From positions 1 to 55,883 of IMG/VR virus record IMGVR_UViG_3300037961_005406: 55,883 nt of DNA; one strand, 5' to 3'. This DNA is from a virus (taxonomy: Duplodnaviria; Caudoviricetes). A model generated the notes under the pieces. The model was not told the DNA's origin. It ran no database searches and saw only the letters and a program-made list of their open reading frames with translations. Made by a program: the position numbers and the translations under genes. The number at the start of each line of letters is the position of its first letter. Positions within the stretch are counted from its first letter, which is position 1. Positions 27,326-37,135 of the stretch are shown in pieces.

Positions 27326-27755
27326 AAGAACCGAAGCGTTACTTGACGCTTATAAATCCAAAGATGAAATCAACGAAACTCAGTTAGATGTTAAAGCTAT
27401 CGAAAGCAATAAAAGTCTTTTAGATAGATTACCAACACCAACGGGTTACAGACTTTTAGTTTTACCGTACGCGGGACCTAAAAAAACTAAAGGAGGAATT
27501 TATCTTGCGGATACTACCCAGGAAACAATACAGATGACTACCGTATGTGCATACGTATTGAAGATGGGGGATCTATGCTACAAAGACAAAGAAAAATTTC
27601 CAGAAGGTCCTTGGTGTAAAAAAGGAGATTGGATAATTTTTGGACGTTATGCTGGATCTAGATTTAAAATAGAAGGCGGAGAAGTTCGTATTCTAAACGA
27701 TGACGAGATAATCGCCAAGATAAACAACCCGGAGGATATCTTGCACGCATATTAA
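27288..27755 (+). CDS. groES: Co-chaperonin GroES
   Basis: PTGYRLLV...KTKGGIYL...GD..IFGRYAGS...EVRILNDDEIIA. Confidence 0.92.
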   Translation: MTKNLETSKEVPKRTEALLDAYKSKDEINETQLDVKAIESNKSLLDRLPTPTGYRLLVLPYAGPKKTKGGIYLADTTQETIQMTTVCAYVLKMGDLCYKDKEKFPEGPWCKKGDWIIFGRYAGSRFKIEGGEVRILNDDEIIAKINNPEDILHAY

Positions 27756-27782
27756 AACATACGCAATTAAACAGGAGCTACT

Positions 27783-28763
27783 ATGGAAATACAAGAAGAT
27801 GTAAAAAAATCTCCAGAAGTCGATATAGACACAGACGGAGTAAAAGAAGAATCTATTGAAGTTGAAGAACAGAAAGTAGAAACTTCAGAAACCGAATTAC
27901 CAAAACATGAAGTTGATTTAGGTTATACAGAACCTAAACCAGAAGGCATTGAAGGTATCAAGGTTGAAACTGTAAAAGAAGAAGAAACTAAACCAGAAGT
28001 AAAAGAAGAAAACCTTTCTGAAGTTTCAGAAAAAGTTCAAAGAAGAATAAACAAACTTACTTTTAAAGTAAGAGAATCTGAAAGAAGAGAAAAGGCTGCT
28101 TTAGACTATGCAAAAAGTTTACAGAAAAAACTTGATGATACCCAAAGTCGTTTTTCTAAAACTAGTAAAAGTTATATAGAACAATTTTCGGCTAGAGTTA
28201 CTGCAGAACAAGAGGATGCTAAAAAAGCTTTAAGAGATGCAATTGCTGAGCAAGATGCTGATAAAATAGCAGATGCAAACTCTAGAATAGCTCAATTAGC
28301 TGTTGAAGCAGAAAAAGTTAAAATAACTCAAGCTGAAGAGGACGCAAAACAAGAGAAAGCTAAAGTAGAACAACCAATACAACAAGCACCTCAACAAACT
28401 ACTCAACAAGAACCTTCTCCAAAAGCAAAAGGCTGGGCTGAGAAAAATGAGTGGTTTGGTAGTGATAAAATTATGACAAGCGCAGCATTCCAAGCTCACA
28501 ACGATCTTGTAGAGCAGGGGTTTGACGCAGAGAGTGATGAGTATTATAATGAAATTGATAAAGTTATGAGAGAAAACTTTCCTCATAAATTTAATCAACA
28601 ACAGGAGCAAAAGAAACCCGTCCAAACTGTTGCTTCTGCACAAAGAAACCAAAGCGGACGCCGATCAGTGAAACTCACCAAGTCACAAATAGTTATCGCT
28701 AAAAAACTAGGGGTGCCACTAGAGGAATACGCAAAATACGTGAAGGAGAATGCAAATGGATAA
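27783..28763 (+). CDS. Capsid scaffolding protein
   Basis: Acidic coiled coil upstream of the capsid genes; W...N.WF core; C-terminal LT..Q..IAKKLGV..EEYAK. Confidence 0.75.
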   Translation: MEIQEDVKKSPEVDIDTDGVKEESIEVEEQKVETSETELPKHEVDLGYTEPKPEGIEGIKVETVKEEETKPEVKEENLSEVSEKVQRRINKLTFKVRESERREKAALDYAKSLQKKLDDTQSRFSKTSKSYIEQFSARVTAEQEDAKKALRDAIAEQDADKIADANSRIAQLAVEAEKVKITQAEEDAKQEKAKVEQPIQQAPQQTTQQEPSPKAKGWAEKNEWFGSDKIMTSAAFQAHNDLVEQGFDAESDEYYNEIDKVMRENFPHKFNQQQEQKKPVQTVASAQRNQSGRRSVKLTKSQIVIAKKLGVPLEEYAKYVKENANG

Positions 28764-29229
28764 TGAAATAAAAAGAACCTCACGCGAGTCTGAAACTAGA
28801 AACCAAACTAAGAAACCTAGTGCTTGGGCTCCACCATCGAGTTTAGATGCACCACCCGCTCCACAGGGCTATGCCCATCGTTGGATACGAACGAGTGTGG
28901 CTGGGTTTGAGGATACAGCTAATGTAACCAAAAAACTTAGAGAAGGTTGGGATTTTGTTAGAGCAGAGGAGATTAAAAACTCACCTGACGTACATAAATA
29001 TCCAATCATCAATCAGGGACAGTATCAAGGGTGTATAGGAATCGGTGGCCTTGTGTTGGCAAGGATACCTGAAGAGATATTGAAAAGCCGTGCTGAGTAT
29101 TTTTCAAAACTTACTCAAGATCAAATGACAGCGGTGGACAATGATCTAATGAAGGAACAACGACCTGAAATGCCAATCAATATTGAGAGGCAATCAAGAG
29201 TTACCTTTGGTGGTAGTCGTAAAAAATAG
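28756..29229 (+). CDS. Conserved head-module protein
   Basis: WAPPSSLDAP...GY.HRWIR...KLREGW motif; AGGAG RBS. Confidence 0.7.
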   Translation: MDNEIKRTSRESETRNQTKKPSAWAPPSSLDAPPAPQGYAHRWIRTSVAGFEDTANVTKKLREGWDFVRAEEIKNSPDVHKYPIINQGQYQGCIGIGGLVLARIPEEILKSRAEYFSKLTQDQMTAVDNDLMKEQRPEMPINIERQSRVTFGGSRKK

Positions 29230-29292
29230 TTTTTTTGCATTACCTACCCGATGTAGCTTGGATAATTAAAACATTAATAGGAGAAAACAACT

Positions 29293-29871
29293 ATGGCAAA
29301 CGTAGCAGAAAAGTTCGGTCTTAGACCGTACAGAAAACTAGACGGTACACCATTAGTAGGAGCTCAAAACAGATACACGATTGCATCAGGATACAGTGAC
29401 GCGATTTTCCAGGGAGAATTGGTTGAACCATTAGGAACAGGAAATATCCAAAGACACGGTCCTAATACATCGGATGCTGTTATTGGCGTTTTCAACGGAT
29501 GTTTTTATACAGATCCAACTACTCAAAAGCCAACTTATAGCAATTACTACCCAGGTGGTATTGCTGCTTCGGACATCACTGCATTTGTCATTGATGATCC
29601 AGACGCAGTATTCTTAATGGATGCTGATGCGGCTTTCACTAGAGCAGATTTGTACAAGAATTATTCGGTGACAAATACTACAGGTGTAACACAAACAGGA
29701 TTATCGAAACAACAACTTGATGTATCGGTATCAGGAACAGCAACTACTTTCGCAGTTCAAGCGATTGATATTTCTCAAGATCCTGATAACTCTGACACAA
29801 GTTCAGCTAACGCAAATATTCTTGTTAGAATCAACAATCACTTCTTTAGAAGTGGCACAGGTATAGCGTAA
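29293..29871 (+). CDS. Capsid decoration / minor capsid protein
   Basis: MAN....FGLRP...GVF.GC.Y.D...DDP; directly upstream of the MCP. Confidence 0.7.
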   Translation: MANVAEKFGLRPYRKLDGTPLVGAQNRYTIASGYSDAIFQGELVEPLGTGNIQRHGPNTSDAVIGVFNGCFYTDPTTQKPTYSNYYPGGIAASDITAFVIDDPDAVFLMDADAAFTRADLYKNYSVTNTTGVTQTGLSKQQLDVSVSGTATTFAVQAIDISQDPDNSDTSSANANILVRINNHFFRSGTGIA

Positions 29872-29886
29872 TAAAGGAGAATAACT

Positions 29887-30807
29887 ATGGCAATATCACG
29901 AGCACAACTAGTTAAAGAACTAGAGCCAGGTTTGAATGCTTTATTCGGCCTGGAATACAGTAGATATGAAAATCAACATGCGGAGATTTTCCCTACTGAA
30001 ACATCTGACAGAGCTTTCGAAGAGGAAGTAATGTTAAGCGGTTTCGCTTCAGCACCGGTTAAACAAGAAGGTGCAGGAGTAACGTTTGATTCAGCGGGTG
30101 AAACTTTCACAGCTAGATACTCACACGAAACTGTAGCATTAGCGTTCTCAATTACTGAGGAAGCAATCGAAGATAACCTGTACGACAGATTAGCTGCAAG
30201 ATACACAAGAGCTCTTGCAAGATCTATGTCGAACACTAAACAAGTAAAAGCAGCGTCAGTGTTAAACAACGCACAGAAAGCAACCGGTTTCAACGGTGGT
30301 GACGGAGTTTCTTTAATTAACTCTGCACACCCTCTTGCAACAGGTGGAACTTTCTCAAACGTTTTAGCAGTGGCTGCAGACCTTAACGAAACTTCACTTG
30401 AGCAATCGTTAATTGACATTGCATCATTTGTAGATGAAAGAGGACTAAAAATAGCTACTCAAGGTAGAAAAATGGTAATTCCAAAAGAATTACAATTCAC
30501 TGCTGAGAGAATTATGAAGTCTCCTCAAAGAGTCGGCACTGCTGATAACGACATCAACGCAATCGCTAACATGGGTATGGTTCCAGAAGGATATGTTGTA
30601 AATAACTTCTTATCTGACACTGATTCATACTTCTTGTTAACTGATGTTCCTAACGGTTTTAAACACTTCGTAAGAAGTCCAATTAAAACTGCTATGGAAG
30701 GTGATTTCGATACAGGAAACGTAAGATTTAAAGCTAGAGAAAGATACTCTTTTGGATTCTCTGATCCAAGATGTGTATTTGGTAACGGAAACTTACCTAC
30801 TAGTTAA
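29887..30807 (+). CDS. Major capsid protein
   Basis: MAISRAQLVKELEPGLNALFGLEY...DFDTGNVRFKARERYSFG.SDPR; strong RBS; followed by a terminator. Confidence 0.92.
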   Translation: MAISRAQLVKELEPGLNALFGLEYSRYENQHAEIFPTETSDRAFEEEVMLSGFASAPVKQEGAGVTFDSAGETFTARYSHETVALAFSITEEAIEDNLYDRLAARYTRALARSMSNTKQVKAASVLNNAQKATGFNGGDGVSLINSAHPLATGGTFSNVLAVAADLNETSLEQSLIDIASFVDERGLKIATQGRKMVIPKELQFTAERIMKSPQRVGTADNDINAIANMGMVPEGYVVNNFLSDTDSYFLLTDVPNGFKHFVRSPIKTAMEGDFDTGNVRFKARERYSFGFSDPRCVFGNGNLPTS

Positions 30808-30830
30808 TAGTAATTAAAATTACTAACTTA

Positions 30831-30862
30831 AAAGGGGCGGAGTTTACTCTGCCCCTTTTTTT
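30831..30862 (+). terminator. Rho-independent terminator after the MCP gene
   Basis: AAAGGGGCGGAG-TTTA-CTCTGCCCC followed by a T-run. Confidence 0.85.
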
Positions 30863-30891
30863 ATATATAATAAAAATACCTAGAATAAATT

Positions 30892-30934
30892 ATTATGTAG
30901 ACTGACTAGGCAGACGGTATAGAGACTACATAAT
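30892..30934 (+). other. Structured 5' leader element
   Basis: ATTATGTAG/CTACATAAT 9-bp stem enclosing CTG-ACTAGG-CAG and ACGGTATAGAGA. Confidence 0.5.
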
Positions 30935-30958
30935 GAACGCTATACAAAGGAGAAAATT

Positions 30959-31504
30959 ATGGCAAATACTACATTTGACGGGCCAGTCAGATCAAAAAAT
31001 GGCTTTATTAATTTAGGACCTGCTGCAGTAAAAGCAGTTACTTTAGCAACAGATTTAACTGTTGCTGACCATGCTGGAAGATTAGTAACAATGGATCCAG
31101 CAGCAACACCTACTGCAATAACATTACCTGCAATTATTTCAACTGCTGATTCTGCTATCGCAGGACCAGGAAGTGATCCAAATAATAAAAACACAATAGG
31201 TACAACTTTTGAAATTCTTTTTATTGATGATTTCACAGGAACTATTAAAACTGCTAGCACAGATGACAAATTTATTGGTGCTGCTACAATCGGTATTGAT
31301 GCGTCAGTAGCCGGTAAACAATTTGTTGTAGCAACTAATGATAATGAAGTTAATCTTAATGGTGAAGCAGGAGCATCTGTTGCCACAACAGGTGGTCTAA
31401 AAGGTTCAAGAATTAAATTTACTGCAATCGCAGCTAACTTATATGCTGTAGAGGGTCAGCTTGTTGGTTCTGGATCAATTGCAACACCTTTTGATGCACA
31501 GTAA
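30959..31504 (+). CDS. Virion structural protein (head fibre/decoration-like)
   Basis: MANTTFDGPVRS.NGF N-terminus; Ala/Thr/Gly-rich. Confidence 0.7.
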   Translation: MANTTFDGPVRSKNGFINLGPAAVKAVTLATDLTVADHAGRLVTMDPAATPTAITLPAIISTADSAIAGPGSDPNNKNTIGTTFEILFIDDFTGTIKTASTDDKFIGAATIGIDASVAGKQFVVATNDNEVNLNGEAGASVATTGGLKGSRIKFTAIAANLYAVEGQLVGSGSIATPFDAQ

Positions 31505-31514
31505 TAATTAATTA

Positions 31515-31534
31515 GTGGCTCCTTCGGGAGCCAC
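31515..31534 (+). terminator. UUCG-tetraloop hairpin (terminator or RNA-stabilising element)
   Basis: GTGGCTCC-TTCG-GGAGCCAC; no U-tract. Confidence 0.6.
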
Positions 31535-31551
31535 AACTATAGGAGAAAATT

Positions 31552-31842
31552 ATGGGTGGAGGAAGTTTTTCATCAGATCAATCGAGTGCTCATGCAACAT
31601 CCACAGCTCAAATGGTAGCTACGGGTAAAAGAGCAAGACTTACTTCGATACAAGGAAAAGGAAACAGTGCGAGTGGTTCTGTCATTTTTAGAAGTGGTGG
31701 TGCTACAGGAAGCGTAATTGCTACTTATCTTTTTGGAGAAGAAGGTTTAGATATGTATCTTCCTGGTAATGGTATTTTGTTTGAAGAAGGTATTCATGCA
31801 ACTATATCAGGAACAGGTGGTGTAACTATTACATTTACGTAA
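31552..31842 (+). CDS. Small virion structural protein
   Basis: LPGNGILF..GI motif; AGGAG RBS. Confidence 0.65.
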   Translation: MGGGSFSSDQSSAHATSTAQMVATGKRARLTSIQGKGNSASGSVIFRSGGATGSVIATYLFGEEGLDMYLPGNGILFEEGIHATISGTGGVTITFT

Positions 31843-31843
31843 G

Positions 31844-32164
31844 ATGGATTATTACGCTGATTTAGGATTAGAGATAGAATTTTTTAAGAGAGGTGGTATG
31901 CCTGCTCGTAATAAGAAAAACTATCGTAGCACTAAATCAGGTGCAGGAATGACTAGAGCCGGTGTTGCTGCTTACAGAAGAATGAATCCTGGTTCTAAAC
32001 TAAAAACAGCTGTCACAGGAAAAGTTAAAAAAGGATCTAAAGCAGCCAAACGTAGAAAATCTTATTGTGCAAGAAGTGCTGGACAAATGAAAATGCACAA
32101 TGTAAATTGCAGTAAAACTCCTGATAAGAGAATATGTGCTGCAAGGAGAAGATGGAAATGTTAA
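31844..32164 (+). CDS. Small basic protein (DUF6321-like)
   Basis: GMT.AG...YRR.NPGSKLK...RRKSYCARS...RRWKC. Confidence 0.7.
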   Translation: MDYYADLGLEIEFFKRGGMPARNKKNYRSTKSGAGMTRAGVAAYRRMNPGSKLKTAVTGKVKKGSKAAKRRKSYCARSAGQMKMHNVNCSKTPDKRICAARRRWKC

Positions 32165-32857
32165 ATGGCTTATTTAAATGCAAATCTACCTCCAATATAT
32201 TGTAAAGTAAGAAAGGAATATCTTTATGATTTTAAAAAACATCAAGGAGGCTATAGTGACTGTGTTATCTTTGGCCTTACTTCCATTTCAGGTCGTGCAC
32301 TCTTATTTAACATTATGTTACCCAATGGCGCGTGCTTTTGGCGCTTGCCTATATCAGCGTTTTTTCAAAAAGAGTTCGATAGAGCCTCTGTGCCGGATAT
32401 GCAGACGCACGAATTGGAACTGTGGAACTGTTTCAGTTATTGGCCTAGTGTTCATAGCTTCGATTGGTTGGCTGGTATAAAAGGCAAATATCTAGGTTTA
32501 GACAAAAAATTTTATCACGGAGAATATCTATTTACTATTGATTGGGGACACCCAGATGTTAATATATTGAATGTTGAACATTCTGAAATTCCTCAAGAAC
32601 ACAAGTGTGCACATATATTGGCTCTTGATAACGGTAATTATGCAGCTCAGCCTAATAATCGCATTCTGTGGCATGTTAACAGTTACACTACTGACACATC
32701 TTGGCCTGACTATAAAGTCCAAACTACGTATTGGGATGCAGAAAACAGTGGCATGGTTACAGAAGATAGTGATAAGATGTTTTATGAAATGGAAGAAAAA
32801 GAAAAATCAGTAAGTGAATTATTACAAGAAGGTTTTGAAAAAGAACAAAATGATTGA
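32165..32857 (+). CDS. Conserved phage hypothetical protein
   Basis: YLNANLP...VRKEYLYD...RLPISAF...LWNCFSY...QPNNR. Confidence 0.75.
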   Translation: MAYLNANLPPIYCKVRKEYLYDFKKHQGGYSDCVIFGLTSISGRALLFNIMLPNGACFWRLPISAFFQKEFDRASVPDMQTHELELWNCFSYWPSVHSFDWLAGIKGKYLGLDKKFYHGEYLFTIDWGHPDVNILNVEHSEIPQEHKCAHILALDNGNYAAQPNNRILWHVNSYTTDTSWPDYKVQTTYWDAENSGMVTEDSDKMFYEMEEKEKSVSELLQEGFEKEQND

Positions 32858-33225
32858 TAAATGGATATACGCTTTTTTTGGGGGACTAGACAAAATGTGT
32901 TCTTTCATGGATAATTTATGGAACTTTTTTACTGCACCAAGATGTAAATGTGGTAAAAAGAAAACAGGAGCTAAAAATGATAGATAAGATAAAAAATGCG
33001 TGGGCTCATTATTGGGCAGATCACAAAATTGGTTTAGCTATCGTTGCTGCAATAGTAATAGCAGCAATATGGCTTGGTTAATAATAAACAATAAAAGTTC
33101 CGGCAATAGTCGGAACTTTTACAGAGGTAAATATGGAGCTAAACAGGATGAACTACTATTTTACAGGTACTCTTATTCTGTTATTAGTTTTTTTAGCTCT
33201 ATGTGGAGGACCAACAGGTTATTAA
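32850..33225 (+). other. Three tiny ORFs (32850-32987, 32977-33081, 33133-33225), two with a TM helix
   Basis: MIDKWIYAFFGGLD...; MIDKIKNAW...GLAIVAAIVIAAIWLG; MELNRMNYYFTGTLILLLVFLALCGG; RBSs or coupling present. Confidence 0.5.
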
Positions 33226-33226
33226 A

Positions 33227-33391
33227 ATGAGAGATACAAAAGTATTAGATAGATTTAGAGAAAAAAGTGAAAAAAAATATAAAGAAATGCTACTATTTCA
33301 AAATTTAAAAAAAGAAGTTAAAATAGGAGCTAATGGAACACAATCTTATATTATCAAAAAAGGAATAAACAAAGGAAAGAAACTTGGCTAA
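33227..33391 (+). CDS. Small basic protein
   Basis: MRDTK...GANGTQSYIIKKGINKGK. Confidence 0.55.
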   Translation: MRDTKVLDRFREKSEKKYKEMLLFQNLKKEVKIGANGTQSYIIKKGINKGKKLG

Positions 33392-33761
33392 TAAACCACT
33401 CAACATAGGAGAAGAAGCACGGGTGCAGATGCCGATGAAGACGGTTGCTAGCTTGATCGTGCTCGTTGCAGCTGGCGTGTTCGCTTATACGGAGCTTACG
33501 GCCAGGTTAGTTTCACTAGAGACATCACGTGAGTTGTTTGAAAATGATTTGTTAAAGCGAAGTGAACAAGTCCCCATAGATCAGGAGCAACATTTTTTAA
33601 TCGAGGATTTGTACAAGTCCGTTGAGAAAATGGAAGAGACTCAAGAGATGAATATGACCAATAAAGTAAATATCGAGTTTTTAAGAGAGCAGCTTGATCA
33701 AGCATTGTCTGATATCGAAGAGCTGAAAGATAAAGTTAGAGCAAACGGGAGTCACGAATGA
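33384..33761 (+). CDS. Membrane-anchored coiled-coil protein, possibly lysis-related
   Basis: One N-terminal TM helix followed by a coiled coil. Confidence 0.6.
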   Translation: MANKPLNIGEEARVQMPMKTVASLIVLVAAGVFAYTELTARLVSLETSRELFENDLLKRSEQVPIDQEQHFLIEDLYKSVEKMEETQEMNMTNKVNIEFLREQLDQALSDIEELKDKVRANGSHE

Positions 33762-33976
33762 CAGAGATGGTGATAGCTTTACTTATGATAATCAACGGAG
33801 AGATCAAGGAGGCACGTATCCAGAATTCAATGTCTGAATGTCTCAAGGGTTCACGTGTAGCAAAACGTCAGTTAAAACCAGATAGCAAAGTAAAGTATCA
33901 GTGCCTAAAGTCGATGGCTGAATTAGAGTTGAACATAGATGGTAGCAAAAGTATTAAGAAATTAATTTTGAAATAA
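33758..33976 (+). CDS. Small protein with two Cys
   Basis: ATGA coupling; MSECLK.....R...Y.C. Confidence 0.6.
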   Translation: MTEMVIALLMIINGEIKEARIQNSMSECLKGSRVAKRQLKPDSKVKYQCLKSMAELELNIDGSKSIKKLILK

Positions 33977-33985
33977 AACTTTTTT

Positions 33986-34582
33986 GTGCAAATTATTCCG
34001 ATATTTTCTAAACCAATTTATATTAATAAAATAAATATAGAGACCAAAAAAATTTTTAACATTTTAAATAATTTTCATTTAAGTAAATCAAGAGACGATT
34101 CTAAATCTAGTGATATTGCAATAAATTACAATGTACTTAATATGGCTGAATTGAATGAATTAAAAGAAAAAATTGTAATATCTTATGAAGACTTTCTTAA
34201 CAACAATTTACATTATAAAAACAAATTTAAAATAACCACTTCTTGGATAACTAGAACTTTACCAGGCCAAAAATCACACGCTCACAATCATTTAAACAGT
34301 ATGTTTAGTGGTGTATTTTACGTACAAACTAAAAAAAATTGTGGAAAAATTCAATTTCAAAATTTATTTAATAAAACTTTTCATTTAAATATAAAAAGTT
34401 ATAATATCTACAATTCTGATTTTTGGGATATAGAACCATCAGATGGTTTAATTTTAATTTTTCCTTCTGAGATATATCATCAAGTATTAGAAAATTTTTC
34501 TGATCTTGAAAGAGTTTCAATAGCTTTTAATTTATTACCTATTGGAAAAATTGGAGAACATGATAGTCAATTAAAATTATGA
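33986..34582 (+). CDS. 2OG-Fe(II) oxygenase (HxH type)
   Basis: HAHNHLNSMFSGVFY...LIFPS..YH.V...RVSIAFN. Confidence 0.85.
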   Translation: MQIIPIFSKPIYINKINIETKKIFNILNNFHLSKSRDDSKSSDIAINYNVLNMAELNELKEKIVISYEDFLNNNLHYKNKFKITTSWITRTLPGQKSHAHNHLNSMFSGVFYVQTKKNCGKIQFQNLFNKTFHLNIKSYNIYNSDFWDIEPSDGLILIFPSEIYHQVLENFSDLERVSIAFNLLPIGKIGEHDSQLKL

Positions 34583-36114
34583 TTAAAAAAATAGTTATCG
34601 TTGGAGGAGGCACAGCTGGTTGGATAACTGCATCCATACTTATATATAAATTAAATCCAAAAATAAAAATTTCGTTGATAGAATCTAAAGAAATACCAAT
34701 TGTTGGAGTCGGAGAAAGCACGACAGGGACTATTTCTCAACTAATAGATGATCATACTCATTTAGGAGGTATAAGAAATTTTTTAAAAGAAACAGGAGCC
34801 ACTTACAAATATGGTATTAGACATGTGGATTGGTTACGAAAAAACCATTCATTTGTTAGCCCCATAGGATCTTCTTTTGAAAGATGGAAAAAATATCCAA
34901 CAGAAGACTATGACCATATTAGAATTTATCATGTGGCAGAAAAATTAAATTATGTAATACCACTTCAAAATCAATTGATGCTTCAAGATAAATTATATTA
35001 TGTAAAACATGGAGATAAATATCAAATGATGCATGATTTAGATGATGGTTTACACATAGATGCCTTTAAAACTTCAGATTATTTTAGAAAAAAATGTTTA
35101 TCTACAGGCAGAATAACAAGAATTGAGGATACAATTCAAAGTTTTATCAAAAATGATCTTGGTGGTGTTAAAACTTTAAAATTAAAATCTGGTAAAGAGT
35201 TAGACGCTGATTTATTTATTGATTGTTCTGGATGGCATAAAACTTTAATTAAAGATATGGGAGTAAATTTTGTTTCTTATGAAAATAATTTATTAACAAA
35301 TAGAGCTATTTTATTTCCTAAAAAAAATAAGGAAAATGATATACTGAAAAATCATCTTACAGCAACTGCAAGAAAATACGGTTGGACATTTGAAATTCCT
35401 TTACAAGAAAGAACAGGAAGAGGTTACATAATAAATCGGCATATGGTTTCCGATGAGGATGCAGTTAAAGAAATGAATGAGTGTTTTAATGAGGAGATTG
35501 AAGTTAAAAAAACAATAAACTTTGAAGTAGGTAGACTTAATAATTTTTGGATTAAAAATGTTTTAGCAGTAGGGCTATGTTCTAATTTTATAGAACCTTT
35601 GGAAGCTACCGGTTTACATACAACAATTGAACAAGTCGAACATTTTTGTGATTATTATTTAAATGATACTTTGGATTTATATGATTATTATTTACAAAAA
35701 AATTACAACGATCACATTACAAGTTTTATTGATGATATAAGAGATTTTATTTTACTTCATTATCAAACAAAAAGAACTGATACAGATTTTTGGATAGAGT
35801 CTTCATCTAAAAAAAGATGGACAGAAGAGTTTAAAAGAAAGATGTACACTTGGAAAAAAAGAATGCCAAGAAAACACGATTATCATCACAAAGGTAGATT
35901 ACACGGTTTAAGTAATGCTTTGTGGTTACAAGTTGGTCATGGTTATGAAATTTTTGATAGTGAAATAGCAAAAAAAGAGTTAGAATATTATGGATTATAT
36001 GATATAGCCAAACAGCAATTAAATGAAATAGGAGTTTTTTCTAAGTATTGTGTGGATAATGCTATGACTACTAATGACTTTTACAAACTACTAAATAATG
36101 GTAAAATAAATTAA
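34579..36114 (+). CDS. Flavin-dependent tryptophan-halogenase-like protein
   Basis: GGGTAGW, IVGVGEST, FIDCSG, GWTFEIPL (WxWxIP variant), FIEPLEATG. Confidence 0.9.
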   Translation: MIKKIVIVGGGTAGWITASILIYKLNPKIKISLIESKEIPIVGVGESTTGTISQLIDDHTHLGGIRNFLKETGATYKYGIRHVDWLRKNHSFVSPIGSSFERWKKYPTEDYDHIRIYHVAEKLNYVIPLQNQLMLQDKLYYVKHGDKYQMMHDLDDGLHIDAFKTSDYFRKKCLSTGRITRIEDTIQSFIKNDLGGVKTLKLKSGKELDADLFIDCSGWHKTLIKDMGVNFVSYENNLLTNRAILFPKKNKENDILKNHLTATARKYGWTFEIPLQERTGRGYIINRHMVSDEDAVKEMNECFNEEIEVKKTINFEVGRLNNFWIKNVLAVGLCSNFIEPLEATGLHTTIEQVEHFCDYYLNDTLDLYDYYLQKNYNDHITSFIDDIRDFILLHYQTKRTDTDFWIESSSKKRWTEEFKRKMYTWKKRMPRKHDYHHKGRLHGLSNALWLQVGHGYEIFDSEIAKKELEYYGLYDIAKQQLNEIGVFSKYCVDNAMTTNDFYKLLNNGKIN

Positions 36115-36115
36115 T

Positions 36116-36592
36116 ATGAATCTTTCACGTAACTTTACTCTTCAAGAGCTAATTAAATCTGACACTGCAATCAGGTTGGATATAAATAATAATCCAAACT
36201 CTGGTCAAATAGAAAAACTAAAAGCACTTTGTGAAAATATTTTGCAACCCGTTCGGGATCACTTCGGTAGAGTTAAAGTGACTAGCGGATTCCGTAGCGA
36301 GCAGCTGTGCCTAAAGATAGGTAGCTCAGTCAACAGTCAACATGCCCGTGCAGAGGCTGCGGATTTTGAAGTGATGGGAACAGACAATGCAGAATTAGCT
36401 GATTGGATCAATCAGAATCTAGACTACGATCAATTAATATTGGAGTTCTACACTCCTGGTGAGCCGAACAGTGGGTGGATACATTGCAGCTATACACCTG
36501 ACCAACCAAGAAAACAATTCTTACACGCGTACAAATCAGAAGGTAAAACTAAATACAAACCTGTGATTGGTAAAGCTAAAGATTTGGTATGA
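36116..36592 (+). CDS. Peptidase M15 endolysin (Zn D-Ala-D-Ala carboxypeptidase-like)
   Basis: LSRNFTL.E...SGFRS...SQH...AAD...WIH.S. Confidence 0.9.
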   Translation: MNLSRNFTLQELIKSDTAIRLDINNNPNSGQIEKLKALCENILQPVRDHFGRVKVTSGFRSEQLCLKIGSSVNSQHARAEAADFEVMGTDNAELADWINQNLDYDQLILEFYTPGEPNSGWIHCSYTPDQPRKQFLHAYKSEGKTKYKPVIGKAKDLV

Positions 36593-37128
36593 TTAACGTA
36601 ATCCAACATTTAGAAAAACCTTTACTAATACAAAGCACTTTTATTAAAGCAAAAATAGGCGATTTCGATTCAGAATATTTTATAAACAAAATAGAACATT
36701 CTTTAAAAGAAGATAATTCAAAAAATAATATGACAAATGTAAAAGGTCAAATGACTAATTGGACAGCATTTGTAAATGATGAATATTTATCGAAAATAAT
36801 TTTTAATTTTTTAACTCATATAGAATATAATTTTGAACAAAATTTACAGTTGATAGAGGCTTGGGGTATAAAAATGCAAGAAAATAATTATACAAAACTT
36901 CACAATCATAGAAGATGTGATTGGTCTGCTATACTTTATTTAAACGATTGTTCTACTCCTTTAATTTTTCCAGAATCAAATATGGAAGTATATCCAGAAG
37001 CAGGATTGTTCGTTTTTTTTAGTGGTTTTATGAAACACCAAACTAGAACAATTAAAAAAAATGAGGTAAAATATGCCATACCTTGTAACTTTAATTTAGT
37101 TGGTTTACCACAATATAACAAAGATTAG
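36589..37128 (+). CDS. 2OG-Fe(II) oxygenase (HxH type)
   Basis: WG...HNH...SAILYL...F....H...KY...N. Confidence 0.75.
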   Translation: MINVIQHLEKPLLIQSTFIKAKIGDFDSEYFINKIEHSLKEDNSKNNMTNVKGQMTNWTAFVNDEYLSKIIFNFLTHIEYNFEQNLQLIEAWGIKMQENNYTKLHNHRRCDWSAILYLNDCSTPLIFPESNMEVYPEAGLFVFFSGFMKHQTRTIKKNEVKYAIPCNFNLVGLPQYNKD

Positions 37129-37135
37129 GAGAGAA

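Noticed and set aside
30790-30830. Programmed frameshift or readthrough extension of the major capsid protein
   Set aside because: Tandem stops (TAA TAG TAA) and an immediate terminator leave no extension frame.
29973-31386. Long minus-strand ORFs opposite the capsid and decoration genes
   Set aside because: They are typical antisense open frames of highly biased structural genes.
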